From: a virus
Lineage: Duplodnaviria > Caudoviricetes
Reading direction: 5' to 3' (one strand)
Length of the DNA: 64,000 nt
IMG/VR virus record: IMGVR_UViG_3300037484_000250
Location: 1 to 64,000 of that record
The translations under genes were made by a program, and so were the position numbers. Of this stretch, positions 36,102 to 45,337 are shown piece after piece (positions within the stretch are counted from its first letter, which is position 1; each line of letters starts with the position of its first letter). The notes under the pieces were generated by a model that made no database searches, had not been told where the DNA came from, and worked only from the letters and a program-made list of their open reading frames with translations.

Positions 36102-36806
36102 ATGGCGGATATTCTTATAATTTCAGCTCATCCGGACGATGAAGTGCTAGGTTGTGGCGGAGTAATAGCGAGATCGGTAAGAGTTGATAATCAAGATGTA
36201 TACATCGCATATTTGAGTTATGGAGCAATGGCAAGAAGACCGGGCGAAGATATGGATGATCTTGAAAAAGAAAAGATCAAAGATAGATCTAGGGCTGCGA
36301 TATCGGTGTTAATGGGTGTATCGAAATCAGATATTAAAAAACATTTAAGGTTTGTAGATTTTCCAGACAATCAATTTGATACAGTACCATTCATAAATAT
36401 TGTTCGTTTGATAGAAGAACTTATCGATGAGTTACAACCGGATTGCATATTCACGCATTCCCAGAAAGATTTGAATATTGATCATGTTATAACACACAGG
36501 GCAGTATTGACGGCGACAAGACCGATGAAGGATAAGCATAGAGTATCAGCTATATATACATTTCCTATTCCGTCCAGTACGGAATGGGCATTTTCATCTT
36601 TTGGAAGTTTCTCGCCGAATGTATTCTTTGATATTGCGACATTTACTGAACTGAAAATTAGAGCATTAAAATGTTATGATACAGAGGTGAGAGCATTTCC
36701 TCATCCGAGATCGGTTGAACTTATTCAAGTGATGGCATGTTTTATGGGATCTAGTGTGGGAATGGGGTCGGCAGAGGGGTTTGAAGTTGTTAGGTGTTTG
36801 ATATGA
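36102..36806 (+). CDS. PIG-L/LmbE family N-acetyl-sugar deacetylase
   Basis: AHPDDEVLGCGG, FPDNQFD, DLNIDH, HPRS; ORF track start 36087. Confidence 0.9.
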   Translation: MADILIISAHPDDEVLGCGGVIARSVRVDNQDVYIAYLSYGAMARRPGEDMDDLEKEKIKDRSRAAISVLMGVSKSDIKKHLRFVDFPDNQFDTVPFINIVRLIEELIDELQPDCIFTHSQKDLNIDHVITHRAVLTATRPMKDKHRVSAIYTFPIPSSTEWAFSSFGSFSPNVFFDIATFTELKIRALKCYDTEVRAFPHPRSVELIQVMACFMGSSVGMGSAEGFEVVRCLI

Positions 36807-36940
36807 TTTAGGTGTATTAATGGGGGCGGTTCTAAAGGAATCCCGATGCTGTTCCGCACGGATTTCTTGAGCGATGCTAGGGGGACTGCAGCGTGATAAG
36901 TTGGGCAAAGGTGCGCACACTATATGTAGGTGGTAAATGA

Positions 36941-38286
36941 ATGTTAAGAGCTAAATTATCAAAAAAAAATCTTCTTGGATTGGGTAAAGAAGGATTATGC
37001 AAATTCATAAATGAGCTTGAGGTAGATGAAATAAATTATTTAATTTATAGTTGGGAGGTGTGGGGAAGAAAAAATCAGCTCGAACCGTTGGGAAATTGGT
37101 TTTATTGGTTAATCCTTGCGGGTCGTGGCTGGGGTTAGGTAAGACTAGGACAGGTAGCGAATGGATAAGGAAAAGAGTAGATAATGGTGAGGCGAGGCAG
37201 ATTGCTTTGGTTGCACCAAGAGCAGCAGATGTAAGGGATATAATGGTCGAAGGTACAAGTGGGATATTAAACGTGTTTCCTCCCCATCAAAGACCTTTAT
37301 ATGAGCCATCGAAAAGAAGGATTACTTTTCATACCGGAGCGATGGCGATAACGTATTCGGGAGATGAACCGGATCAATTACGTGGCCCTAACATAGATAC
37401 GGCGTGGGTTGACGAATTAGCGAGTGCTAGGAAACAAAAGGAAATTATGGATATGGTTTCCTTTTGTTTGAGAGTAGGGAAAAATCCACGGTGTATGATA
37501 ACGACAACGCCAAGACCGACAAAGACTATTAAGGAATTGGTGATAGCAAATAATGTTCATATAACAAGAGGATCTACTTTTGAAAACAGGGAGAATTTAT
37601 CCCCTGTTTTTTTTGATGCCATAATCGATAGGCTAGAAAATACCAGATTGGGAAGACAGGAAATTTATGCGGAAGTACTTGATGATAACCCGAAAGCATT
37701 ATGGAAAAGCAAAAATATCGAAGAGACTCGGGTGAATAAACATCCGACTTTGGTTAGGGTTGTGGTCGGGGTTGACCCGGCGATCACGGCTAATAAGAAT
37801 TCGGATGAGACTGGGATTATTGCGGTCGGTAAGGGAAATGATGGTCACTTTTATATTCTTGATGATAAGTCATGTATTGAGAGTCCGAATGGATGGGGCA
37901 ATGCGGTAGTATCACTTTACAATAAATTAAAGGCAGATAGGATCGTCGCAGAAGTTAACCAAGGTGGGGACATGGTTCAGCACGTTATAAAGACGATTGA
38001 TCCAAATGTGAGCTTCAAGGGAATTCATGCAAGTAGGGGAAAGAAGATAAGGGCAGAGCCTATTGCAGCCTTATATGAGCAAAATCGTGTCCATCATCTT
38101 GGCACTTACCCAGATTTGGAAACTCAAATGATTGAATGGGATGCAGAAAATGATCCTGATTCACCGGATCGGATCGATGCCCTTGTCATTTGCATAACCG
38201 AACTTATGGGTGGACTTAAAAAGATTGCGAGTTATAATCCTGCGGGGATCGAAGATTTTACCCGCGAAAGTCCTCATAAATTTTAA
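36941..38286 (+). pseudogene. Terminase large subunit split by a 5-nt insertion inside Walker A (pseudogene, sequence error or recoding)
   Basis: Frame 1 ends LILAGRGWG*; frame 2 continues GKTRTGSEW; Walker B AWVDE, GVDPA and SPDRIDAL nuclease motifs are intact downstream. Confidence 0.85.
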
Positions 38287-38335
38287 AAAAAGGCTAATGA
38301 AGTTATTTTATTTTATTGGAGAGGGGTGATAGTAA

Positions 38336-38554
38336 ATGGGTAGGCTTGCAGAACACTATAAAGCAATGGCATTAATAGTATGGGAAGAACAAAATATAGA
38401 GTTAGAGTGTCGGCAAAACGATCTAAAATTTTGGGTCGTTAAGCGAATAGCTGAATCTACACCTTGGACTCTAAGAGAATCATTTAATTTCTGCCTTCGG
38501 AAGAAGGAGGCGAATAGTGGATGGCAGGAATGTCCGAAGATCCAAATGAAGTAA
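38336..38554 (+). CDS. Hypothetical protein
   Basis: GAGGGG RBS; between terL and portal. Confidence 0.5.
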   Translation: MGRLAEHYKAMALIVWEEQNIELECRQNDLKFWVVKRIAESTPWTLRESFNFCLRKKEANSGWQECPKIQMK

Positions 38555-39846
38555 ATCAGAAAAAAATAATTACTCCTCAAATTGCGACAAGAGAACTTGG
38601 AAGAACGGGATTGATCGAATATTCGGGGTATGTTTATGAGGAACAATTAAAACAACTTTCTAGTTTCGATACGAGAGTAAGAGTTTATAAAGAGATGTCC
38701 GAAAATGATAGCGTTATTGGCGCTATTTTGTTCGTTATCGACATGCTTATCAGACAAGTATCGTGGAGAGTTCAGGCCGGAGGTTCGGATCTAAAAGATG
38801 AAGAAGCAAAGGTTTTCCTTGAATCTTGTTTACTTGATATGTCGAGCACTTGGGAGGATACAATTTCGGAGATTATGTCTTTTTTAATTTATGGATTTTC
38901 TTATCATGAGATTGTATATAAAAGGAGATTTGGAGATAACAGAGATCCGACTAAGAAAAGTAGATTCACGGACGGGCGAATTGGTTGGAGAAAGATGCCG
39001 ATCAGAGCACAAGAAACTTTGTGGCGTTGGTTATTTGATGAAGGTGGAGGAATTCAAGGGATGATTCAACTTCCCCCGCCCGATTATCAGTACCGAACGA
39101 TACCGATCGAAAAGGCATTATTATTCAGAACTGGCATTCATAAGAATAACCCAGAAGGAAGATCCATTCTAAGGGTTGCATACAGAACGTGGTATATCAA
39201 GAAACGTATCGAAACCTATGAGGCTATCGGAGTAGAAAGGGAGTTGGCGGGTTATCCGGTGGTTTATGTTCCGGTGGAGTGGACAGATGTAAATGCTACA
39301 GCAGGGGAGAAAGATGCATATGTAGCTATGAAAAAACTCGTCACGAATATTCGGCGAGATGAACAAGAAGGTGCTGTGCTCCCTGCAATTTATGATGAGC
39401 AAAATAACCAGTTAGTGAGACTCGAATTATTAACGAGTGGCGGACGGAGAAATTTTGATACTAATCAGATTATCACTCGTCTTGATCAGAGACTTGCTAT
39501 GACGGTTATGGCAGACTTCATATTATTGGGTACAGCAACGCCTAATGGATCTTATGCACTCAGTTCTGATAAAACAAAATTATTTAGTACGGCTTTAGGT
39601 ACATGGTTAGATTCTATTGCTGCAACATTTAATCGATATGCGATTCCGAGGTTGTTTGCATTGAATAATTTCGGTGTGGAAAAATTACCCACTTTAGAGC
39701 ATGGTGACGTGGAATCGCAAGATTTGAAGGAGTTAGGGGAATATATTTCGAAATTGGCAGGAGCAGGAGCGCCGTTATTTCCAAATGATGAACTTGAAGA
39801 TTTCTTGAAAAAGACAGCAGGATTACCAGTATCGGCTAAGGACTGA
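38521..39846 (+). CDS. Portal protein (DUF935-like)
   Basis: ELGRTGL..Y.E, GFSYHEIVYK, KNNPEGRSILR, EAIGVERELAG.P; follows terL. Confidence 0.85.
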   Translation: MAGMSEDPNEVNQKKIITPQIATRELGRTGLIEYSGYVYEEQLKQLSSFDTRVRVYKEMSENDSVIGAILFVIDMLIRQVSWRVQAGGSDLKDEEAKVFLESCLLDMSSTWEDTISEIMSFLIYGFSYHEIVYKRRFGDNRDPTKKSRFTDGRIGWRKMPIRAQETLWRWLFDEGGGIQGMIQLPPPDYQYRTIPIEKALLFRTGIHKNNPEGRSILRVAYRTWYIKKRIETYEAIGVERELAGYPVVYVPVEWTDVNATAGEKDAYVAMKKLVTNIRRDEQEGAVLPAIYDEQNNQLVRLELLTSGGRRNFDTNQIITRLDQRLAMTVMADFILLGTATPNGSYALSSDKTKLFSTALGTWLDSIAATFNRYAIPRLFALNNFGVEKLPTLEHGDVESQDLKELGEYISKLAGAGAPLFPNDELEDFLKKTAGLPVSAKD

Positions 39847-39851
39847 TTGCG

Positions 39852-40772
39852 ATGTTTAGAGTCAGAGAACCAAGAATCATTGATCTTTACAAAGAGAAGT
39901 TACCTCATGAACTTGAATGGAGATCACTTCATGGTATAGCGGATCAAGCAAAGCCCGAAATGGTGGATGCATTTTTGAAAGCTGTAGCAAGAACGCAGGG
40001 GGATATAGTTCTAAAGAATGTGGAAAAAGCCATAGCTATGGGAAATATCAACGCAGCAGTCGAATTGATACCGTGGGATAATTTTTCGGTTGAACTCAAT
40101 CAATTAGCAGTTGTATTTAAACAGATTTTTGACAGAGCTGGTAAGAAGTCGATTGAATTTCTCCCGAAAAAAATAGAACATCAAGCAAGTTTTAATACTT
40201 TGAATCCTAAATCATTAGATTATATCAAAGATCATACAGGTAAATTGATCGTGGAGATCACGGAGGAGTCAAGGAAAGCAGTTAGAGCGGTTATTAACCG
40301 GGCATTCGTTGAAGGTATGCACCCATATGAATCAGCAAAATATATTAGACAGATAGTTGGGTTGACTGAACGCCAAGGTCTTGCGGTTGATAATTTAAGG
40401 AAGTTGCTTATTAAGCAAGGGGCATCAGCGAACGTAATTGAAAAGCAGTTAAAATTATATACCAAACGTTTATTGGTTTATCGGTCGAAGAATATATCTC
40501 GTACTGAGACGATAACTGCAGCTAATCAAGGGCAACAAAGTCTATGGATTCAATCGGCAGATAAGGGTTTGATTAGTAGGGTGACTGCTAAGAGAAGATG
40601 GATCACAACCCGTGATGATCGTCTCTGTCAATGGTGTAAAAGTCTTAATGGAAAGTTAGTTGGGTTAGAGGAAGAGTTTGGGACGGCATTAATAGCGGGT
40701 AGGAGTTATACGTCATTAACCCCAACTTTACATCCCATGTGTAGGTGTAGCGTGGGTCTAGTTTTCGATTAA
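39852..40772 (+). CDS. Head morphogenesis protein (SPP1 gp7/Mu F-like)
   Basis: ISRTETITAANQG, W.T..DDR.C..C..L.G, LHPMCRC. Confidence 0.88.
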   Translation: MFRVREPRIIDLYKEKLPHELEWRSLHGIADQAKPEMVDAFLKAVARTQGDIVLKNVEKAIAMGNINAAVELIPWDNFSVELNQLAVVFKQIFDRAGKKSIEFLPKKIEHQASFNTLNPKSLDYIKDHTGKLIVEITEESRKAVRAVINRAFVEGMHPYESAKYIRQIVGLTERQGLAVDNLRKLLIKQGASANVIEKQLKLYTKRLLVYRSKNISRTETITAANQGQQSLWIQSADKGLISRVTAKRRWITTRDDRLCQWCKSLNGKLVGLEEEFGTALIAGRSYTSLTPTLHPMCRCSVGLVFD

Positions 40773-40807
40773 AAATATTTAGAAATTAGGGGGGGAGCCA
40801 ATTTCTA

Positions 40808-41098
40808 ATGAGTACGATATTACATGATTTAATCCAGAGTAGGGCTGTGAACGAAGCGCGGTATATTATTGAAAATGCAGCAACGCTTAGGAAAGCAGCA
40901 GAGGAATTTGGTGTAAGTAAAAGTACGGTGCATCGTGATATCCATAAATATTTAAAGGATATCGATATGGAACTCTATGAGGAAGTTTATAAAGTAATTG
41001 ATTTGAATCGTAATGAAAGACATATGCGTGGAGGAGAGGCAAATAGATTAAGGGCCAATGAGAGAAGGATAATGGAAGAGATAAAAATGCATGAGTGA
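40808..41098 (+). CDS. spoIIID: SpoIIID-like sporulation transcription factor
   Basis: A.YIIE..TLR.AA.EFGVSKSTVHRDI..L..I..ELY.EV..V...N..ERHMRGGEA, the SpoIIID signature. Confidence 0.88.
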   Translation: MSTILHDLIQSRAVNEARYIIENAATLRKAAEEFGVSKSTVHRDIHKYLKDIDMELYEEVYKVIDLNRNERHMRGGEANRLRANERRIMEEIKMHE

Positions 41099-41312
41099 CA
41101 TGACAGAAAGCATAATATACAATTCGTCGTTTGAATTGTTAAGGAAACCAATACTTCATCCTAGTACCATTAATTTAGTGCCAGTTAGATGTCCGTTATG
41201 TAACCATCTTTTAGGGTTCATTGAGGGTAAGGCTCAGATAAAATGTAATAAGTGCAAGTATATCCATCTTGCGGAATTGAGAGTCGCGCCGACGACCAGT
41301 GCATTAATTTAA
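41091..41312 (+). CDS. Com-like zinc-ribbon protein
   Basis: VRCPLCNHLLG..AQIKCNKCK. Confidence 0.7.
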   Translation: MSDMTESIIYNSSFELLRKPILHPSTINLVPVRCPLCNHLLGFIEGKAQIKCNKCKYIHLAELRVAPTTSALI

Positions 41313-41341
41313 AAAAATGTATTGGTCGTCGGCGCTTTTTT
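41286..41341 (+). terminator. Strong intrinsic terminator
   Basis: GCGCCGACGACCA/TGGTCGTCGGCGC stem plus T-run. Confidence 0.85.
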
Positions 41342-41373
41342 ATTGTTTTTGAGAGGAAGGAGAGATTTATGAA

Positions 41374-42831
41374 ATGCAAGTTCAGGAGTATTTGGATGTA
41401 GTTTTGGATACTCTCAAAAAATTCATACCAAAAGAAACGTTTGATAAGATTCACGAAATAGCAGTTCCAGAAGAAATAATTAAGGGTGTAACACCGTTCA
41501 AGGATTTACCTCTTGCAGATAGGGAAATGGAATGGGATGGATCGGAAGCTGAAAAAAATATTAGAGTGTGGGCAGGGGGAAGCGACAAGGAAGATATAAA
41601 TTGGGGTAAATTTAGTCAAGGATTCTTATGGGTTGATGATGAAAATAAGGAAGCATTTGGTGGATATAAATTCCCGATTGCAAATGTGATTGATGGAAAA
41701 TTAATGGCAATACCGAGAGGAATATTTGCTGCAGCAGGAGTTCTCAGTGGAGCTAGGTTGACAGGTGGAGCATCACAAATAAATGTTCCAGAAGAAGATA
41801 TACAGGGAATGAAGGATCATGTTGATAGATATTATGCGAAGATGAGAGAAATGTGGGATGATGAAAAATTAATCAGTCCATTCAAAAAGGAAATTACATT
41901 ATCGCAAAAAAGGGACGAATTTGTTCCAATGGTCAAAAGTTCGGGGAAGGAAAATTCTCAAATAGCTTTCGTCGGAGCTTCACCGGGGAAAATAGAATAT
42001 TTAAGGGGAGAAGCATTTGTCGGGCCGTGTGGAGAAACATTTAATGAATTATATATTAAACCATTAGGATTGGGCCGTGAGGATATATTTTTAACCAATG
42101 CTGTACCAATGTTATTAATTGATAAATCGGGAAATGTCAGAGAACCGACAGATATTGAGGTTAGTGATTGGGGTGAGTGGTTAGAAAAGGAATTGGAAAT
42201 GGCTAATCCTAAAGTAATCGTAGCTCTAGGACATAAAGCTAAAAAAGCTCTTGGTGAAAATGTTGATTTTGTTTTGCCCCATCCTATGGCGATTCGAAGG
42301 TTTAATGATTCTGGTGAGGTTGGAAGAAAACTGAAACAGATAAAAGTTAAACTTGAGGAAATCAATAAGGGATTGCCTACCGTAGGGGATGTCCATATAG
42401 ATTCAACTAATTGGGAGAGGCCAAAGATTAAACCAAATACCCAAAATGATGAGGTAATCTATGCCGATATAATCAAAGCTGATGTCGAAAAGCAACTTGT
42501 ATATGGCATAGTTTTAGAACCGGGAAGTGTCGATGCACAAAATGACACGATAGGTGCAGAAGAGATAGAGAAAGCTGCACACAATTATTTACAGAATTCT
42601 AGAGTTATAGGAGAGTCACATAAGGCCAAGGCCAAGGCCAATGTCGTTGAAAGTTATCTTGCTCCGTTAGATTTTACGTTTGGTGGTCAAAAGGTAACTA
42701 AAGGCACATGGGTAATGGTCGTTAAAATCAATGACGAAAAAATGTGGGAGGATGTGAAAAGCAAAAAATTTAAAGGTTTCAGCATAGGGGGATTTTCAAG
42801 AAGAGTTCCAGTCACAGAACCAGTAATGTAA
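41374..42831 (+). CDS. Multidomain head protein: uracil-DNA-glycosylase-like domain fused to XkdF-like putative prohead protease
   Basis: IAFVGASPG..EAFVGPCG, LTNAVP, PKVIVALG, HP (family-4 UDG-like); C-terminal QLVYGIVLEP..DAQND..EKAAHNY..KGFSIGG. Confidence 0.75.
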   Translation: MQVQEYLDVVLDTLKKFIPKETFDKIHEIAVPEEIIKGVTPFKDLPLADREMEWDGSEAEKNIRVWAGGSDKEDINWGKFSQGFLWVDDENKEAFGGYKFPIANVIDGKLMAIPRGIFAAAGVLSGARLTGGASQINVPEEDIQGMKDHVDRYYAKMREMWDDEKLISPFKKEITLSQKRDEFVPMVKSSGKENSQIAFVGASPGKIEYLRGEAFVGPCGETFNELYIKPLGLGREDIFLTNAVPMLLIDKSGNVREPTDIEVSDWGEWLEKELEMANPKVIVALGHKAKKALGENVDFVLPHPMAIRRFNDSGEVGRKLKQIKVKLEEINKGLPTVGDVHIDSTNWERPKIKPNTQNDEVIYADIIKADVEKQLVYGIVLEPGSVDAQNDTIGAEEIEKAAHNYLQNSRVIGESHKAKAKANVVESYLAPLDFTFGGQKVTKGTWVMVVKINDEKMWEDVKSKKFKGFSIGGFSRRVPVTEPVM

Positions 42832-42891
42832 ATTTTTCTAGTATATAAATTTCTCCAATTATCGTAAAATGATAGTGGGAGGAGTTTAAGG

Positions 42892-43788
42892 ATGGCAAAA
42901 ATACAGAGGTATTGTAAATATTGTGATGGAGAATTTATGATTGAGAAATCCCAATTGAAACATGAAGGGTATGGAGTATTTTGTTCAAGGAAATGTGCTT
43001 CTAGGTTTTTTGGTAATGAACAATTAAAGTCTAGGATTGAATGTAAATGTCAATATTGTGAGGAAATATTTTATTCAAAACCATCTAGAATGAAAATAGG
43101 TGGAAAATTTTGTTCAAATGTGTGTCAAGGTAAATATATAATAAGGAACAATCAGAAAGCATCAAATTACTTTGCACACAATCAAAAAATCCAAATTAAA
43201 GTAGCGATGCCATGTTCTTGGTGTGGGGAAATATTCGAAGTTATCCAATCAAGACAAGACAAAGCAAAATTTTGTTCAAGATCATGTCAAGTGTCTTTTA
43301 AAAACACGCAGAATACCAAGGAAAAATTAAAATCAGTTTGTAAATGGTGTAAGGAAGAATTCGAACATTACCCATGTACACCAAACAAAAAGTATTGTTC
43401 TCGAAGTTGCCATATATCATGGCAAAATTCGTACAATTTACCTAAGGGTTCTACTCATGGAAAAGGTGCTTGGTTTATCAAACCAGATGGAGCAAGGAAA
43501 TATATGAGGTCATCATGGGAAATTATGTTTGCAGAATTCTTGGTTGAGTTAAATTTAGATTGGGAATATGAACCAAGAGTTTTCAGGCTTAAAAATGGAA
43601 GGGGCTATACTCCAGATTTCTATATTCCAAGCATAAATAAGTGGGTCGAAATTAAGGGATATTGGCGAGATATCGAGAGTAGGGAAAAGTTTCAGATGTT
43701 CAAGGATGAATATCCAGATTGTGAGATTGAATTACTTTTAGGTCTTCAAGCAATCGAAAATTTCAAAATATTTCTAAAGAAATCGTAA
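42892..43788 (+). CDS. Free-standing zinc-finger-repeat endonuclease (PD-(D/E)XK)
   Basis: Repeated CxxC..FCSxxC units; MRSSWE..WEYEP..YTPDFY..VEIKG. Confidence 0.8.
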   Translation: MAKIQRYCKYCDGEFMIEKSQLKHEGYGVFCSRKCASRFFGNEQLKSRIECKCQYCEEIFYSKPSRMKIGGKFCSNVCQGKYIIRNNQKASNYFAHNQKIQIKVAMPCSWCGEIFEVIQSRQDKAKFCSRSCQVSFKNTQNTKEKLKSVCKWCKEEFEHYPCTPNKKYCSRSCHISWQNSYNLPKGSTHGKGAWFIKPDGARKYMRSSWEIMFAEFLVELNLDWEYEPRVFRLKNGRGYTPDFYIPSINKWVEIKGYWRDIESREKFQMFKDEYPDCEIELLLGLQAIENFKIFLKKS

Positions 43789-43855
43789 TTTTACGATTTC
43801 TTTTTTATTCAAACAAGTAAAGTAGGTGAGGTGTATCAAGGAAGATAAATTGATT

Positions 43856-44749
43856 ATGGAACTTACGGGTTTAAATGTCGAAGAAATATCTTTAGTAGGT
43901 AAGCCAGCTAATGAACGATTATTCTTACTTTTAAAGCAAGAAGGAGGAAATACCTTGGGTGCGTTAAATGATGTTTTGAAATCACTCAATGAATTGGATA
44001 TTGACCTAGATAATTCTGAGGGTATTGAAAATATCCTGAAAAAAATGAAGTTGAGTGAGAAAGCCTGTGATGCTGCAAAAGGAGCACTCAAATTAATGAC
44101 GGCATATAAGGAAGAAATGCCGAAGGGATTCATGGAGAAATTGATTGATATGGCTGGTTATGGTGATATGGAAGAAGAGGTAATGGAGAAACCAGCTACT
44201 CCAAAAGGAGGGAAAGAGATGCCTAAACAACCATTCGTTTCGGAGAAAAAGAAGATGAAAAAGGAAGATGGATCATTAGACATTGATGCTATTCCAGAAG
44301 AATCCCGCGAACTTGTTCAGATGCTTTGGAAAGAACATGAATCTGCGATCAAGAAAGCTGATGAATTGGAAGCTATACTCAAGGCAGAGCGAGAAATCAG
44401 AATCACGAAAGAATATCAAGAACGCGGAGCAAATTTCCAGAATATTGGAACTGCCGAAGTAGTAGGTGGCATTTTGAAGAAAGCATATGAAGTTTCGGCT
44501 GAGTATGGTTTGCAATTGGAAAATTCATTAAAAGATGCCAATGCTAAGATTGAAAAGTCGGATTTGTTTAAGGAAATTGGTTCTGATGCAACAAGCACAA
44601 ATGACAGTTCTTGGGCTAAGATTGAAGAATTAGCAAAGGGTCTTGTTATGAAAGGTGATGGACAAACAATGGCCCAAGCCATTGACAGAGTCCTTGCCGA
44701 AAATCCGAAGCTCTATGAAGAGTACACTAGAGAAAGGAGCGGAAAATAA
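43856..44749 (+). CDS. Capsid scaffold/maturation protein
   Basis: VEEISLVGKPAN N-terminus; acidic/Lys-rich coiled coil; ends in L..EY; precedes capsid genes; ORF track start 43826. Confidence 0.7.
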   Translation: MELTGLNVEEISLVGKPANERLFLLLKQEGGNTLGALNDVLKSLNELDIDLDNSEGIENILKKMKLSEKACDAAKGALKLMTAYKEEMPKGFMEKLIDMAGYGDMEEEVMEKPATPKGGKEMPKQPFVSEKKKMKKEDGSLDIDAIPEESRELVQMLWKEHESAIKKADELEAILKAEREIRITKEYQERGANFQNIGTAEVVGGILKKAYEVSAEYGLQLENSLKDANAKIEKSDLFKEIGSDATSTNDSSWAKIEELAKGLVMKGDGQTMAQAIDRVLAENPKLYEEYTRERSGK

Positions 44750-45138
44750 TGGCTTACGATATCAAAAATCTCAGTTTTTCTTTAATTGCATCTTCTAGCT
44801 ATGGTTTAATGCAGTACCGTGGTGTAAGAGCATCGACGGTGGTAGATCATTTCTCAATTGGGGCAACAACTGGTACAATTCGCCCATTGGGTATCCTTCA
44901 AAATAATCCTGATGTTGGTGAATCAGGGGAAATTTGGGTTCCGGGATGTATTTCTAAGATTATGACAGGATCAGCCCTTGCCATAGGTAATAGATTCCAT
45001 ATTCTTAATAATGGTAGAGCATATAGCACTGGAGCAATTGCAGCAGGATCAGCTATGTATGGGCCAGTTCTAACGGTTGCAGCAGGGTCTAGCGAACTTG
45101 TCACAGTCAGTTTCGCTTCATTTGGAGTCACCACCTAA
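44749..45138 (+). CDS. Capsid decoration/cement-like protein
   Basis: PLGILQNNP..GE..I...G.SK motif; between scaffold and major capsid gene. Confidence 0.7.
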   Translation: MAYDIKNLSFSLIASSSYGLMQYRGVRASTVVDHFSIGATTGTIRPLGILQNNPDVGESGEIWVPGCISKIMTGSALAIGNRFHILNNGRAYSTGAIAAGSAMYGPVLTVAAGSSELVTVSFASFGVTT

Positions 45139-45160
45139 TTGAGTTTTAAAAATTTAAGAT

Positions 45161-45250
45161 TTAGCACGGTCTAGGGCGTGAGCCTTAAAATTACTGAATC
45201 CCCCCCAGTAAAGACCGTGCTTTTTGCATGCTAATTTCAGGGGGATTTTT
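45161..45250 (+). ncRNA. Candidate structured cis-RNA or terminator upstream of the major capsid gene
   Basis: P1 AGCACGGTCT/AGACCGTGCT enclosing GGC-GTGA-GCC and TTACTG/CAGTAA; loop AATCCCCC complementary to downstream GGGGGATT. Confidence 0.45.
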
Positions 45251-45337
45251 CTATTTATCCACATGAACATCAATTATTGCATTTGGTAGCAAATGTGAGT
45301 AATCGGAAGTAATTAAAATGAAATAACTAAAAAAGGA

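Noticed and set aside
36810-36935. GC-richer intergenic stretch before terL as a tRNA or ribozyme
   Set aside because: No cloverleaf, T-loop or ribozyme core was recognisable, and only weak pairing was seen.
37051-37140. Independent start of the 411-aa terL ORF
   Set aside because: The N-terminal MGGVGKKK.. segment is out-of-frame sequence of the true terL 5' part; homology begins at GKTRT.
42832-43855. Group I intron or intein carrying the endonuclease in the protease/scaffold region
   Set aside because: The flanking genes end and start cleanly, the nuclease has its own RBS and upstream AT-rich promoter-like region, and no intron core was seen.
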